Positions 26,096 through 39,318 of a stretch of DNA of 64,000 nucleotides are shown here, one piece after another. The stretch is taken from positions 43,958,001 to 44,022,000 of the forward strand of contig OX597834.1 of NCBI GenBank assembly GCA_951406725.2, given 5' to 3'. Below the pieces are notes generated by a model. It was not told the DNA's origin. It searched no databases and saw only the letters and a program-made list of their open reading frames with translations. Position 1 is the first letter of the stretch, and every line of letters starts with the position of its first letter. The stretch is from Octopus vulgaris (taxonomy: Eukaryota). The position numbers and the translations under genes are program-made.

Positions 26096-28011
26096 AAGGC
26101 AATGCCAGGTTCATGCTTTAGTTGTTAAGTTTCTGGTTAAATAAACAGTTAAAATAAATATTAAAAAACAGAAATAAACTGAAAGAATTCAAGACAAACA
26201 AAAAGAAATATAAAACGTTTTTTTTTTCTTTATTTCATTTCTTTGTTTCTTTTTTTGTATTTTGATTTTCTGAAATATTTAACGCCTGGGAGATAGAACT
26301 GGTTTGTTAAATGTCCCCCAATTCAGGGTCTTTTAGGGAAGTAAGGGGAGAAGGCTGAATCTGGCTAGTTTGAACTAGTAGAATACTTAGGAGAAATAGG
26401 GCTGGTTTAAATGCTGAAGGGTCAAGACAATAGGCTGTGATTTGAGGGAAACTTGGTTGCTATTTCTAAGAAGGCTAGGTAACCACAGAGAGAAACTTTA
26501 ATTACACTGAGTAACAAAATTTTTTTTCTAAGAGTTATTTTCTATTTGCTTCTGTCTGGAAATCAAAGGAAATAACTACTGGTCCCTTGGAACTTTGCTT
26601 TTGTGACCTGGACATCAATGTTTTGAAACTGATATATTTTCCATTAAATTTCGGACAGATTCAGCGCTGTGTTGCTGAAGCAGAAATATCGTTATAGCAA
26701 ATATTCTACTCAATACCACAGATTTGCTTGACCGTAACCAACTGAGCAGGTCTTTTACTGGGTGACAATATGTGCATCTCTGATCACGAACATGAGCAGT
26801 GGGGGAGCACCATAGTCATGTGTCAAGAGGGATTCTTTGGAGGTTTAAATAAAAGTAACAAAAGCAAAGCCCGAAGGAAATATTTGCAATTTTCCATAGC
26901 TTCTAAGGGTAAGCAAGTAGGAAATAACAGTTGCTACCCAAGGACAAAAATCATGTTACACAGTGTTACATAAGCAACAGGGTTTGGGTCAATGAAACCT
27001 CACAATATCTTTCATATGAGATTTTAGTTCAGATTTTAATTTAAAAATGAACACTAGGCTGGTTTGCTACTAAACATGTTTAAGTAGCTGCGGATAACAA
27101 GCTCAAATCTGATATTAAATTTGCTATTCATTTTGTTAAATAATTAACAAATAACAAAAATAATTAGTTTTTAGAAGAGGCAAGTTAACTACTGAAAGAA
27201 GTTTTTTTTTTTTGCCTAATAGATTAAATTTTCTAATAACATGGATGGAAGCTGGATCAATAAATCAATAGAATATCAGACAACTATCCAAGGGTGTGTG
27301 TAGTCTCTATTTTCCATCACCAGAACTCGAGTGTAGCCAGAGCCAGGCAGACTGAGCTTAAGAGATTTGCTGGAGTCCGTTTTAGAGTAACCAGGAAACC
27401 AAGGATATTGGGTTTTTTCCCGCTTTTTTTAAAGGTTTAGTTAGACGAAAGGGGTTGGACTCTTCCCCGTTGTAGGCCCTGAAGACTGGTGAGATTGATG
27501 ATGATCTCATCTTCAGTTCAAACATTTCTTGAGCTGACGTCTACTCATTTTTAAATCCCTATTTGTAAGCAATAACAGACCATGCAGATCAATATATGCT
27601 GAACATGAAATGGTCTGAAGTCTTAAAGAGAATTGGGTAGAAATATCCTCATCGTCATCATCATCATTTAGCATCCATTTTCCATGCTGACATGGCTTGG
27701 ACTGCTTGACTGGAGCTTCTAAGGCCAGGAGTCATAACAGGCTCCATCATCTCTTTTGGCATGGTTTCTACAGCTGGATGCCCTTCCATATGGCAACCAC
27801 TTTACAGAGTGTACCAGGTGCTTTTTAATGATTTCATCATTGATGCTTTTTATGTGGCACCAACATCAAGAGGGTTACCATGTACCAAGCAAGACAAAAG
27901 AGGGGCAACAAAAATCCATCCCTGAAATTGTTGAAGTTCATCTTCTGCTCAAACAGCTAGATGCCCTTCCTAATGGCAACCACTTTGCAGAGTGTACTGG
28001 GTGCTTTTCTC

Positions 28012-28167
28012 TTGACACGAACACTGTGGAAGTACCGTGTACCTGCTCAACTTAGACACTTAAAAAGATGGAATGGCCATGGCTAGAATGCCTTTGATCA
28101 AAGTTTTTGAGTCAATGTCGACACCTCTATGTTATTACTTGACATGCATATAAGAGTACCAACCAAA
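28012..28167. repeat. Left arm of a 156-bp inverted duplication
   Basis: Reverse complement of 29807-29962; 13 mismatches counted by eye. Confidence 0.9.
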
Positions 28168-28189
28168 ACAAAAAAAAAACAAAAAAATT

Positions 28190-28440
28190 AGGGTAAAGAC
28201 CCCCTTTGAGATGTACCTAAAGAAACTTCCCCTCCGAGGCATAAGTTTGAGCAATGTTGTTTATGGAAGACCAACAGTTGTCCATGCATACTAGCCACCG
28301 CCTCTCCATGTTTCTGATGTTATCCAAAAGAAAGACAATGGCCGATACAGCTTGGCACCGAGTGAACTGGAGTTACATGAAATAACATGTTTTGCTCAAG
28401 AACACAACACAACCTGGACTGGGAATTGAACTCGCTACCT
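28190..28440 (-). mobile_element. SINE family C, diverged
   Basis: Reverse match to family C (ggtaaagaccccc...ctcaagaacacaacac). Confidence 0.7.
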
Positions 28441-29149
28441 CATGTGCCTTCACATACATAAAGCATTACTACATATGTATGCAAGCATTACACACACACA
28501 CACATGGTTGGATTGGATCAGTATTTCATTGGCTTGCAGTGTTAGGTTCAATTCTGGTCATGGAAAGAACAACTTGAAAACTGTTAATCTTCCCTCCCTC
28601 CCACCAAGGGAAACTGAGTCGAAACCCCCAACCCTACTACTTAGAGAACTGCTACAAGGAAACAAACAAAGATATATTTTTATGAAATGAGTGGCGGCAA
28701 GAAAAAAAAATGTTTAGAAACCTTATGTAAAACTTGATTGAGTATATATATATATACTTTACCTGTGATTGTTAAAACTAATCTGTCGCTGTTGTGTTTT
28801 TCCTTGGGAATGTCGTTTAGCAGAAAGATGACCAACATCCTGAGCAGGAGTTCGAATCAGCACTGCAAGCTAAGAACAACAAGAAAAATGCCATTGCTGT
28901 CACCATAGCATAAAAGGCTTTTTCCCATCCTGTGATACCTACCATCTATTTACAGCTTAAAGAACTGCGCTGTTGACAGTTTGAAGAATTCGTAGTCTGA
29001 CATAGATTAGGTGTTTGATACTAACATGGTTAAATCCTTGCAGGATCATCTAAGCGATGCCATTTTGGAATGAAGAATGGAGAGAACTTGGAGCAGTATT
29101 TAGTGAGATTAATGTATTTATCTTATATATTTCTTTGATTCTTAATCAA

Positions 29150-29453
29150 CCCTTTAGCATTCATATTAATTTGGCAAAAATAATCATTTATTCGAATGGT
29201 TGTATACTGTCAATCTAACCCGAACGTGACAGTAGGGGGTACACCACTGCTGTTCTATCGCCCCACCACCGTACATGTCTCTACGAGAGATTTAGAAATT
29301 TAGTATTTCTGAATCATTTATTCACATTTAAAAAAATTTATCTGATATTAGAATGACATTGCAGGGTAGGTGTGAGATGCTAGTTCTGACCAGTTTGAGC
29401 ATAAAATGTGTAGAATATTTGGGCCGGACACAGCCGGTTCAAACACTAAAGGG
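29150..29453 (-). mobile_element. piggyBac-like MITE family G with a small internal insertion
   Basis: Termini CCCTTTAG...CTAAAGGG flanked by tcaa/ttaa; body is the reverse of 60286-60506. Confidence 0.7.
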
Positions 29454-29806
29454 TTAAGGTATAAGGACATACCTTTAGAGATGATGGTGATAAGACTGTG
29501 ACATTCATGCATTTTGATAATGGTGTGTAGCATAAATGAAATGGAAATGGTTAGGTCTTGGAGAGAGCCTGCAAAGTGCTGACAGCCCAATGCTCTTGAC
29601 TAAAACCACTCAGAAATAAAGACGAAGAAAAGCAGAAATAAGACTTATATCTCACTCTGTGATGATACTCTGGAACTCCTATACAAGGAGTATATATTTA
29701 GTACCAGGATGACCTTGACAGACCAAAACTATAACCATGGTGCATCTAGGACTACATTATCCAAATGTGTTTTCTTTTAACAGCAGAGCTCTATGGTTTA
29801 AAAAGA

Positions 29807-29962
29807 TTTGGTTGGTACTCTTATATGCATGTCAAGTAATAACATAGAGGTGTCAACATTGGCTCAAAAACTTTGATCAAAGGCATTCTAGCCATGACCA
29901 TTCCATCTTTTTAAGTGTCCAAGTTGAGCAGGTGCATGGTACTTCTGTAGTGCTTGTGTTGA
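29807..29962. repeat. Right arm of the 156-bp inverted duplication
   Basis: Reverse complement of 28012-28167. Confidence 0.9.
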
Positions 29963-30187
29963 TAAAAGAGGTACCACTAAATTTGCACACCCAGTTTTGC
30001 CCCACACCACAAAAAAAAAAAAAAAAAAAAAATTAGGGAGTGCATTTACACACTCCCTGTCCCCAAACCTATGCCCACCTTTACAAATATTTGGTTAATG
30101 AAGAGATTTCAAAGCTCCAAATAAGACAGAAAATAAAATAAAAAAAAAGAACAAACAAACAAACAGCAATAGCACAAATAATATTTA

Positions 30188-30355
30188 ACAATGCATAGAC
30201 AACATTTTAGACACATACAATGCATGGACAACATTTTAGACACATACAATGCGTGGATGACAATTTAGACACATACAATGCGTGGATGACATTTTAAACA
30301 CATAGAAAGCATGGACAAGTTTTTAGACACATAGAATGCATGGAGGACATTTTAA
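30188..30355. repeat. 29-bp minisatellite (TTTTAGACACATACAATGCATGGACAACA), ~6 units
   Basis: Direct inspection. Confidence 0.9.
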
Positions 30356-31230
30356 AGACACCAACGAAAATGAAATAAAAGATATGAACATGTAAGGACT
30401 AATAAGTTTGAAGACAATCATTGATCTTAAAGCAAAGATCAATTAGTTTTATTCTTTCTTTGAGGAAATATTTATACAGAGATTGGCAATTAAGTAATTG
30501 TTGGCGTTTGAAACACAATCAGGGTGGGTTTGTTTTTGTTTTATTACAAGGAACAAGGAGAAAAAGAATTGGTAAAATTATGTTTGAGATGAAAACAGAA
30601 AAGTGAAATAGTTTAGAAAATAGAAATAAATCAAAATAAAAAAAAACAACTCTATAGAGATTATTATTATTATTATTATTATCAAAGTGGTAAGCTTGTT
30701 AGAAGCGTTAGCACACTGGACAAAGTGTTTAGCTGTATTTCATCTGTCTTTATCTTCTCAGATTATACTGAGGTTCACTTTGCCTTTCAGGGTTGATAAA
30801 AAAAGTGTGTGTGTGAAGGTAATTGATTGACCCACTTTTGGTCGAAGCCACTACTCCTTTCGGGGTTGATAAAATAACTACTTCTTCAGCGTTGGTGTTG
30901 ATGTATTTGACTAGACCCTACCTCTAAAATTTCAGGCCTTGTGCCTATATAAGGATTATTATTATTAATACTATTATTATTGTTATTATTTCATTTTTGT
31001 TTTTGGTTTGCAAGATTCATAATGTGAGTTTGTGTGTTGAAAAATAATATATGAGCAGAAATTGAACCGGTGAGAGTGTTAATCAATAAGGCATTACAAC
31101 AGAATGAATCTCCCCAGACACAACACATTATTATTATTATTATTATTATTAATGGAGTGTAGTTAATAAGGTCAGAGAACAAATCATTTGGTATATCCTT
31201 AGTATTTTAGTGATACTCTGAGTAAATGAA

Positions 31231-33530
31231 TCCTAGAACTTGTCTGGTACTCGGACTGTATTTGATCAGCCTCACCAAAGGAAGAGATTTTAAGATTGAT
31301 CTTGGTAGAAATCTGAACTCAGCAGATGATAGAATTTTCTGCCACTTGATCTCCTGATATTACCATCCACCACACATTCATTAATAATACTAATAATTCT
31401 TTCTGCAAAAGGTACAAGGCGAAGAATTTTGAGGGAAGGGATTAATTCGATTACATTGAACACAGTGTTTCATTGGAACTTAATTTATCAACCCTGAAAG
31501 GATGAAAGGCAATGTTGGCATCGGTGGAATTTGAACTCAGAACACAACGGCAGACGAAATACCGCTAAGCATTTCGTCCGGCGTGCTAACGTTTCTGCCA
31601 GCGCACTGCCATTCAATGACAATATTTCCAATTATAGGCACAAGGCCTGAAATGATGATCGGCAAATTCAACCTCGGTAGAATTTAAAATCAGAACATGA
31701 AGACTTCTGAGATGATGCTGATCGTTCGGCCAGCTCATAAGCTTAAAAAAAAAAAAAATAATAATAATTATAATAATCCTTTCTGTTATAGGCAAAAGGC
31801 CTGAAATTTGCAGGGAGCGGGTCAGTCAATTACATTGACCCTAGTGCATAACTGGTACTTATTTAATTGACCCTGAAGGGATGAAAGGCAAAGTCACCCT
31901 CGGCGGAATTTGAACTCAGAACATAAAGACAGATAAAATACCACTAAACATTTCACCTGGTGTGCTAACGATTTTCTTCAGCATGCCACCTTTTTAATGA
32001 TAATAATAATAATCCTTTCTACTATAGGCACAAGGCCTGAAATCTTGAGGAAGGGGGCTAGTCGATTAAATCGACCCCAGAGCGTAACTGGTACTTATTT
32101 CATCGACCCCGAAAGGATGAAAGGCAAAGTTGACCTTGGTGGAATTTCAACTCAGAACGTAACGACGGACGAAATACCTCGAAGCATTTTTGCTCGGTGT
32201 GTAAATGATTCTGCCAGTTTGCTGCTTTAGTGGTAATAATAATAATAATAAATGGTGAATGAAACTAAATAATAAAAAAAAAAAGGTGTAATCAAAACCA
32301 AGTCCATAAGGCATTCGTAGAAAAATGAAAGTCTCCCCAGAAGAAAAAATAATAAATAGATGCTGTGTATATGTATACGTCATATGTATATATATGTATA
32401 TATATATATCCTAGAACTTGTCTGGTACTCGGACTGTATTTGTATATTTTAAGATATATATCAGTATATATAGCCACTTGATCTCCTGATATTACCATCC
32501 ACCACACATTCATTAATAATACTAATAATTCTTTCTGCAAAAGGTACAAGGCGAAGAATTTTGAGGGAAGGGATTAATTCGATTACATTGAACACAGTGT
32601 TTCATTGGAACTTAATTTATCAACCCTGAAAGGATGAAAGGCAATGTTGGCATCGGTGGAATTTGAACTCAGAACACAACGGCAGACGAAATACCGCTAA
32701 GCATTTCGTCCGGCGTGCTAACGTTTCTGCCAGCGCACTGCCATTCAATGACAATATTTCCAATTATAGGCACAAGGCCTGAAATGATGATCGGCAAATT
32801 CAACCTCGGTAGAATTTAAAATCAGAACATGAAGACTTCTGAGATGATGCTGATCGTTCGGCCAGCTCATAAGCTTAAAAAAAAAAAAAATAATAATAAT
32901 ATAATAATCCTTTCTGTTATAGGCAAAAGGCCTGAAATTTGCAGGGAGCGGGTCAGTCAATTACATTGACCCTAGTGCATAACTGGTACTTATTTAATTG
33001 ACCCTGAAGGGATGAAAGGCAAAGTCACCCTCGGCGGAATTTGAACTCAGAACATAAAGACAGATAAAATACCACTAAACATTTCACCTGGTGTGCTAAC
33101 GATTTTCTTCAGCATGCCACCTTTTTAATGATAATAATAATAATCCTTTCTACTATAGGCACAAGGCCTGAAATCTTGAGGAAGGGGGCTAGTCGATTAA
33201 ATCGACCCCAGAGCGTAACTGGTACTTATTTCATCGACCCCGAAAGGATGAAAGGCAAAGTTGACCTTGGTGGAATTTCAACTCAGAACGTAACGACGGA
33301 CGAAATACCTCGAAGCATTTTTGCTCGGTGTGTAAATGATTCTGCCAGTTTGCTGCTTTAGTGGTAATAATAATAATAATAAATGGTGAATGAAACTAAA
33401 TAATAAAAAAAAAAGTGTAATCAAAACCAAGTCCATAAGGCATTCGTAGAAAAATGAAAGTTAAGAAAAAATAATAAATAGATGCTGTGTATATGTATAC
33501 GTCATATGTATATATATGTATATATATATA
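31231..33530. repeat. ~1.15-kb near-identical tandem duplication, each unit holding three reverse family B SINEs
   Basis: Unit 1 31231-32408, unit 2 32409-~33530; identical ORF translations at 31997 and 33128 in the track. Confidence 0.9.
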
Positions 33531-33609
33531 TATGTGTATATATATATGTATATATATATATATATGTATATATATATGTATATGTATATATATATGTATA
33601 TATATATAT

Positions 33610-33659
<50 letters not shown>

Positions 33660-33673
33660 GTATATGTATATAT

Positions 33674-33737
<64 letters not shown>

Positions 33738-33785
33738 ATACATTATATATGTATATACATTATATATATATATGTATGTATGTGT
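33490..33785. repeat. (TA)n microsatellite with interspersed TG
   Basis: Direct inspection. Confidence 0.95.
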
Positions 33786-33849
33786 GCCTATGAGTGTGTA
33801 TAGCTACAACTAGGAGTACATGCGCTTCTGGTGACATATGAAATACACG

Positions 33850-35187
33850 TTTCATATCACAACAAGGTATAAAAAAAAAACAACAACAAAAGAATGTTTG
33901 TGTGAACGTATGTATATAGACACCAGGTCGTTGCTGTATATGCAGGTGTACATGACGGAATGAGTGGTGTGAGATGTTGCCGTGAGTTAATTGTATGTAT
34001 GTAGTTACTACGGAGATGGATGGTTGAAAGAATGAAAGTCCTATGATGAACAGGTAAAAAAAAACTTGAAAAAAAAAAAAAACTGATTACTTTATGATTC
34101 TGCACTAAAGCAATCAACAGGTATTTTTTTTTTGGGGGTGGGGAAGAGTAGCAATGGAAATTGAAGTATCTACATACAGTAAACACGACTTATTTACAAA
34201 TAACAAAAAAAAAAAAAAAAGGGAGGTGGGGTGAATTCATATGGGGTGGGGTAGTTGTAGTTGATGTTATATATACAGAGGGGAGATGGGGAGTGGGAGT
34301 TCGTTCAGTCACATGTCAACAGGATCTCGCAAATCAGAGTTTGAAGTTCACTATTTATCCAGACCCCAGCATATATATATATGTACACACGGGGAAGTCA
34401 GCCAAGCCAGAAGATTATACAGGGGTCACAGATAGGAGGGAGTTTGTACAGGTAGGTAACGGACTTGTAGTAGAATACAGAATGAGTGTTGCAAATACGG
34501 GAGTGAATGCATACAGGCAAATATGTGTGTGTCTGTATGTCTGTGTGTGGGTAGGCAAATGTGTGTGTGTGTGTGTAGGTAGGGCTGGCACTAGGAAAAG
34601 TGGGACTAACCAGGCAATTGTCAGTGGGCCCCACTACTCTACAAGAGCTGAAGATTGAGATTTTATGCTTCATGGAGTACACCAGTCCCAACCAAAAAGC
34701 GTAGAGGGCTGGAGGCTCCACCATAAGCCACAATGATGTAATAAAGGTCCTCCACTCGAACGTGCGCGCAGGGCCCAATCTGAACAAATCTAAGTGGCCT
34801 AAAACCAGCCCTGGCATGTGTGCGGTGTGCATGTCTGTGTAAGATCTACGTATGGTACATTGTTAATAAGTCCACTTAACACTCATTAGGGTACAGAGCT
34901 TGATGTATCTGAGTAGCACCTTGAGCATGTATCTTCAACCACAAACCTCATGATCAGCTCAACTCTGATCAAGATTTTGCAAATGAAGTCTGAGACATGG
35001 AAACTACGTAGGCACCAAAAAAAAGGCCAGTTTTGTCACATCGGGTGTGATATAAATTCTGTCTGAGGTTTCCATTTATTCTCAACTCAGGACTGTCTGA
35101 GAAAATAATTTCCTTGTACAAACGACTGGAATATTTGCTGCAGAATCTGCTTAAAGTCCATCACGTGGTAAGAGAAGATGTCAAACA
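33850..35187 (-). other. Putative LMO4 3' UTR
   Basis: SINE-free unique sequence with U-rich tracts on the minus strand, directly after the predicted stop; AATAAA at 35080-35075. The distal end is a guess. Confidence 0.35.
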
Positions 35188-35199
35188 TTATAGGCAGCA
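35188..35199 (-). CDS. LMO4: Probable terminal coding segment of LMO4 (CCL-stop)
   Basis: Acceptor cccaaccctttcttattttcag|TGC TGC CTA TAA is in frame with the phase-0 donor at 38523. It mirrors the 2-residue last coding segment (K|VC*) of vertebrate LMO4. AATAAA lies ~110 nt downstream (35080-35075). Confidence 0.5.
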   Translation of the reverse strand, partial: CCL

Positions 35200-35701
35200 C
35201 TGAAAATAAGAAAGGGTTGGGAAGTTCTTAAAACTGAACGTGTTTGAGTAAAAGCTTTCTGTGAAGTATCTGAGGGCCAGGGTAATAACGAGTGGCAACA
35301 TTCATGCCTTTCTCAGGACGGACACTTTACCAAAGTCAGTCAAGTGTTTTCTATTGGTAAACTTACCAACCAAGCCAACCACCACAAAAAATAAATAAAT
35401 AAAAAATAAAAACCAAAAATACATTAAAAAAATGAAAAAAAAAAATTCTATCAACACAAAACGATTTTCAAAGGCAGTTAATTCACAATTATGGAGAATT
35501 AATGAAAAAAAAAAAAGGTAATAAAATGCATAAATATCTCCATAAATACAAAATATTTATTTCATATATTCTTGTGTGGTTGTAAATTGCTTAAATGTAT
35601 GCATGTATGTATGTAAGGGTGTATAAGTGCATATACACACACACATTAGTGGGAACAAATCAGGCAGAGAGAACCCAACACATGAGTATGTATATATAAA
35701 C

Positions 35702-35765
<64 letters not shown>

Positions 35766-36377
35766 GAGCCTGGTGCAGCCCCCTGGCTTCCTAGACTCCA
35801 GTTGAACTGTCCAACCCATGCTATCATGGAAAACGGACGTCAAACGATGATGATGATTATATGTGTATTATATATATATATATATGTGTGTGTGTGCGCG
35901 TGTGTGTGTGTGTGTATATATATATATGTGTGAAGACACTTATATGTAAATATATGTATGTGAGGTATAAACAGAAATTCGCACTCCCACACAAATGCTG
36001 TTTTGTTTAAACAACCTCTCAATCCAACATCGAGAACTCTGAGCTAGGACCCATGGGTCAGGGGTAACTAATCTCTTTAGCCAGCATATAAAGACTCATC
36101 TATATCAGCTCTACGTCCAACATAATATTGAGCACTTTTCTTCCTTTACTAAAGCAGATCATGTGTATGTGTGACGGTGTTTAGCACTGCCTTTTAGTTG
36201 ACTGCATCAAGGTTTTGTACATTTTGTATTCAACATTGAAAGGAGAGAAAGGCCAAGTGGTCCAGACTGGATCGGAACTCAACAATGTAACCAAATGCCA
36301 CAAAGCCATGTCATCCAATGATTCTATCACTTCTACCATCCATATATATATATACTGGACGTATAAATATATACGCA

Positions 36378-36595
36378 CAAGGGAGTACTGGAAAGTTCCT
36401 GGCTTTGGGTAAAAAAAAATACAGGAGAATTGTTTAATTATGATTTTATTCAGCATGTTCCGCTCTCAGGTTCACACACTAAATGCAGAGGTCTCTCGGT
36501 TATCCTAAGCTCTGTAAAAGAACTCGGAAAGTTGGGCTTCTAACCAGGCCTTTTGGTGACACCCTTGAAGGCAGGAACTTTTTAGCACCCCCTTG
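36378..36595. mobile_element. Tc1/mariner-type MITE (~220 bp)
   Basis: Left TIR caagggagtactggaaagttcctg versus right TIR (reverse complement) caagggggtgctaaaaagttcctg; TA at the right flank; second copy at 57746-57963. Confidence 0.8.
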
Positions 36596-36862
36596 TATGA
36601 ATAGTCTATATATGTGTATGAATATGTGTGTGTGTTTATGTGTGCATGTGAACAGTTCACATACGTGTACATACAAAATTAATATTGACAGAAAGATAGA
36701 GGGGGGAGGGGTGGCATTACAGCAAAGAAAATTAACAAGGTTTCCCTTTCTTTTTTTTATTTTTAATATATTTTTTGTTTCATCAGTATCCATGCATCAC
36801 AGTTTTAAATTACACAAACGTTCATTGATCTATATTTGCTTAATTACCAACTAATTAATTAT

Positions 36863-36898
<36 letters not shown>

Positions 36899-38100
36899 CA
36901 CGCACACACACACATGTTTGAATGTGGTAAAAGAAAATGTCCCAAATTAATCACAAGCGCCATCACTACCAACACCACCATGACCACCACCACAAGCCGT
37001 CCAACCCTCCCCTGTAGCCATCACACTGTTATTAATCTTATGCTTTCTGTTACTCTTTAGCCCCAGGTCAACACCGAGTCAGCCAGACCTTTATAAACAG
37101 AATTCCTATGGTGATCATTCTCAGCTCTTATTAAAAAACATCTTCTCAGAAATATGTTAAGACTTTAATATCTTACGGTTACACGTTTTCGTTTCTATTT
37201 CTTCCCGCCGGGTGCAGATCTAGTTAATAGCCTATCTTACTAGGTCTGATATGTAAAAGATGAAGCTTTGATGCCGTTTCCAAAGGCAGAAGAAATGAAG
37301 GGTGGCCAAGGTAAACCAGTTCCAATTTGAAAATAAGGAGGAACAGGGATAGAAGACTTCAAGACAGACAGAAGTCTATACAAAAGCTGCTACCAGGGTA
37401 TTAAATATGCTGGTTACCCTAAGAGGATATCAGATGGCAGCAAAAAGGATAAAGAAACAATCCACTTATGACCACCCCAACATTTCTGGAGGTATCTAAA
37501 ACTATATTAGCAAATGTATTTTTAGGTGAGATTTAAATGATGGTTCTAAATGTGATAGGGGTACATGACTTATTTCTAGCAGATGAAGGTATCAAGGGGT
37601 ACCTGGCTGGCTCAGAAGTCTTATAGTGGGAGTAAGGCAGTTGGAAATACAAGACAAGAAAACTTGGCTTTACAGTTATCGTTAACTCCATTACAACCCT
37701 AGGTCAGTCCTGAGTGAGCAGTGTGATGAGCGGAGATGTTCGATGTAATGAGAGAGTCAATAGCACAGAGCATGTTGTTAATTCTTAGAGATGTTCATGA
37801 GAAAACCAAGAGGAGGGAAATTTGGCTGCTATGAGACACAACAAACAAATTCAGTCATTGGCTTCAGAATTTTTGGTGCTGATTGTAATGGAAGAGAGGT
37901 TGTACAAGGGCTACACTGAAGGGATGCAAGATAGTGTTGAATGGGGCTGTATATACAGAAAAAAATGTAATTCATCCCGAGAAAGAGTTAAAGATATTTC
38001 ATATATATATATATATATGTGTATGTATGTACAAGTATGTAGGAGGAGATACAAAGATAGAATATGAAAGCAGTAAGAAATTATAATGAAAGCATAATTG

Positions 38101-38134
<34 letters not shown>

Positions 38135-38522
38135 AGTGTATGTGTGTCTGAAGTATAGACAAGAGAAAAAAGTGAGGATTTTAGATGTGACAAAAAGGAA
38201 AAAAAAAATATCAATGAAAAATAGATATATTTATATATATATATGTATGTATGTATGTATGTATATAAAATGGAAAAAGAAAACCCCCAAAAAACTGTAT
38301 GTTTAAAATGACTTTAATTCTTTTTTTTTTTCTTTCCCCCCCACCGAGTACTTTTTCTCCCCTGATAAGAAATTTAAAAAAACAAAAACAAAAATATATA
38401 TATATAAAAAAAAAATGAAAATAAAATACAAAATAAAAAAAAAAAGGTTTTCCTTTCATAACACAATGACTAAATTTCTAATTTTTGGGGCAAATAGGTC
38501 GAGCTTGCTGTACAGTCCATAC

Positions 38523-38760
38523 CTTATGAGTCGACCGGGCAGGTACCTGAACATGTCCACGCAAAACTTTTGGATAATCTTGTTCACAGAGCAAGCTTCC
38601 GTTTACTAAGCTAAAGCGTTCGCCGGGATTGAGTTGGTGGTGGCATGTGACGCAGGTGAAACATTTAATATGATATACATTCCCTTGAACGCGCATCACT
38701 AGTTCTGTGGCAGGAATACTTAGCCCACACGATGCACAGGAACCTCCAGGACCGAACATT
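38523..38760 (-). CDS. LMO4: LMO4-like LIM-domain-only protein, internal coding exon encoding LIM domain 2
   Basis: Translates as (R)MFGPGGSCASCGLSIPATELVMRVQGNVYHIKCFTCVTCHHQLNPGERFSLVNGSLLCEQDYPKVLRGHVQVPARSTHK, a full LIM zinc-ligand pattern close to vertebrate LMO4 (LFGNSGACSACGQSIPASELVMRAQGNVYHLKCFTC...). Phase-2 acceptor ttttcttttgttcctttccag|A at 38761/38760; phase-0 donor AAG|gtatgg at 38523/38522. Confidence 0.95.
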
Positions 38761-38881
38761 CTGGAAAGGAACAAAAGAAAAAGATATATAAATAGGTGGA
38801 AAACAAGATGAATAAAGAAATAAAATGCATGGAAAGTTCAACAACATGTAGGATTCATTAAAGTTTAAGAGAACATAGAAA

Positions 38882-39128
38882 CATCATCATCATCGTTTAA
38901 CGTCTGTTTTCCATGCTAGCATGGGTTGGACAGTTCGACCGGGGTCTGGTAAGCCATGGAGGCTGCACCAGGCTCTAGTCTGATGTGGCACTGTTTCTAC
39001 AGCTGGATGCCCTTCCTAACGCCAACCACTCCATGAGTGTAGTGGGTGCTTTTTACATGCCACCGGCACAGGAGCCAGAGCAGGTTGGCAAACGGCCACG
39101 ATCGGTTGGTGCCTTTATGTGTCACCGA
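38882..39128 (-). mobile_element. (GAT)n-tailed retroposon family E in the LMO4 intron
   Basis: (cat)n-cgtttaacgtctgttttccatgctagc...ctggatgcccttcctaacgccaacc. Confidence 0.85.
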
Positions 39129-39148
39129 CGCTAGTAAAAGAGTATATG

Positions 39149-39318
39149 ATTATATTTAGGGAGCAAAGGTGAAAATGACCTAACCCCAACATGTTTGAAG
39201 TGCTGAGACCTTCAAAAATCTACCAAGAATTCCAAATTAAATATTTGGAATTTTTGGTAGTTCTTTGAAGGTCTTGGCACTTCAAAGTTGTTTTTGCCCC
39301 TTGCTCCCTTAATATAAT
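39149..39318. repeat. 170-bp fold-back (MITE-like palindrome)
   Basis: Inner arms of ~44 bp (tttgaagtgctgagaccttcaaaaatctaccaagaattccaaat and its near reverse complement); outer arms of ~20 bp (attatatttagggagcaaag / ccttgctcccttaatataat). Confidence 0.85.

Noticed and set aside
27479-27530. CTGAAGA...stem...caaac as a third hammerhead
   Set aside because: CTGAAGA pairs with the downstream TCTTCAG as a simple hairpin; there is no GAAA core or helix I.
28790-29110. Possible decayed Tc1-family transposase C-terminus
   Set aside because: Only vague resemblance (VDSLKNS); no diagnostic WPxxSPDLNP motif recovered.
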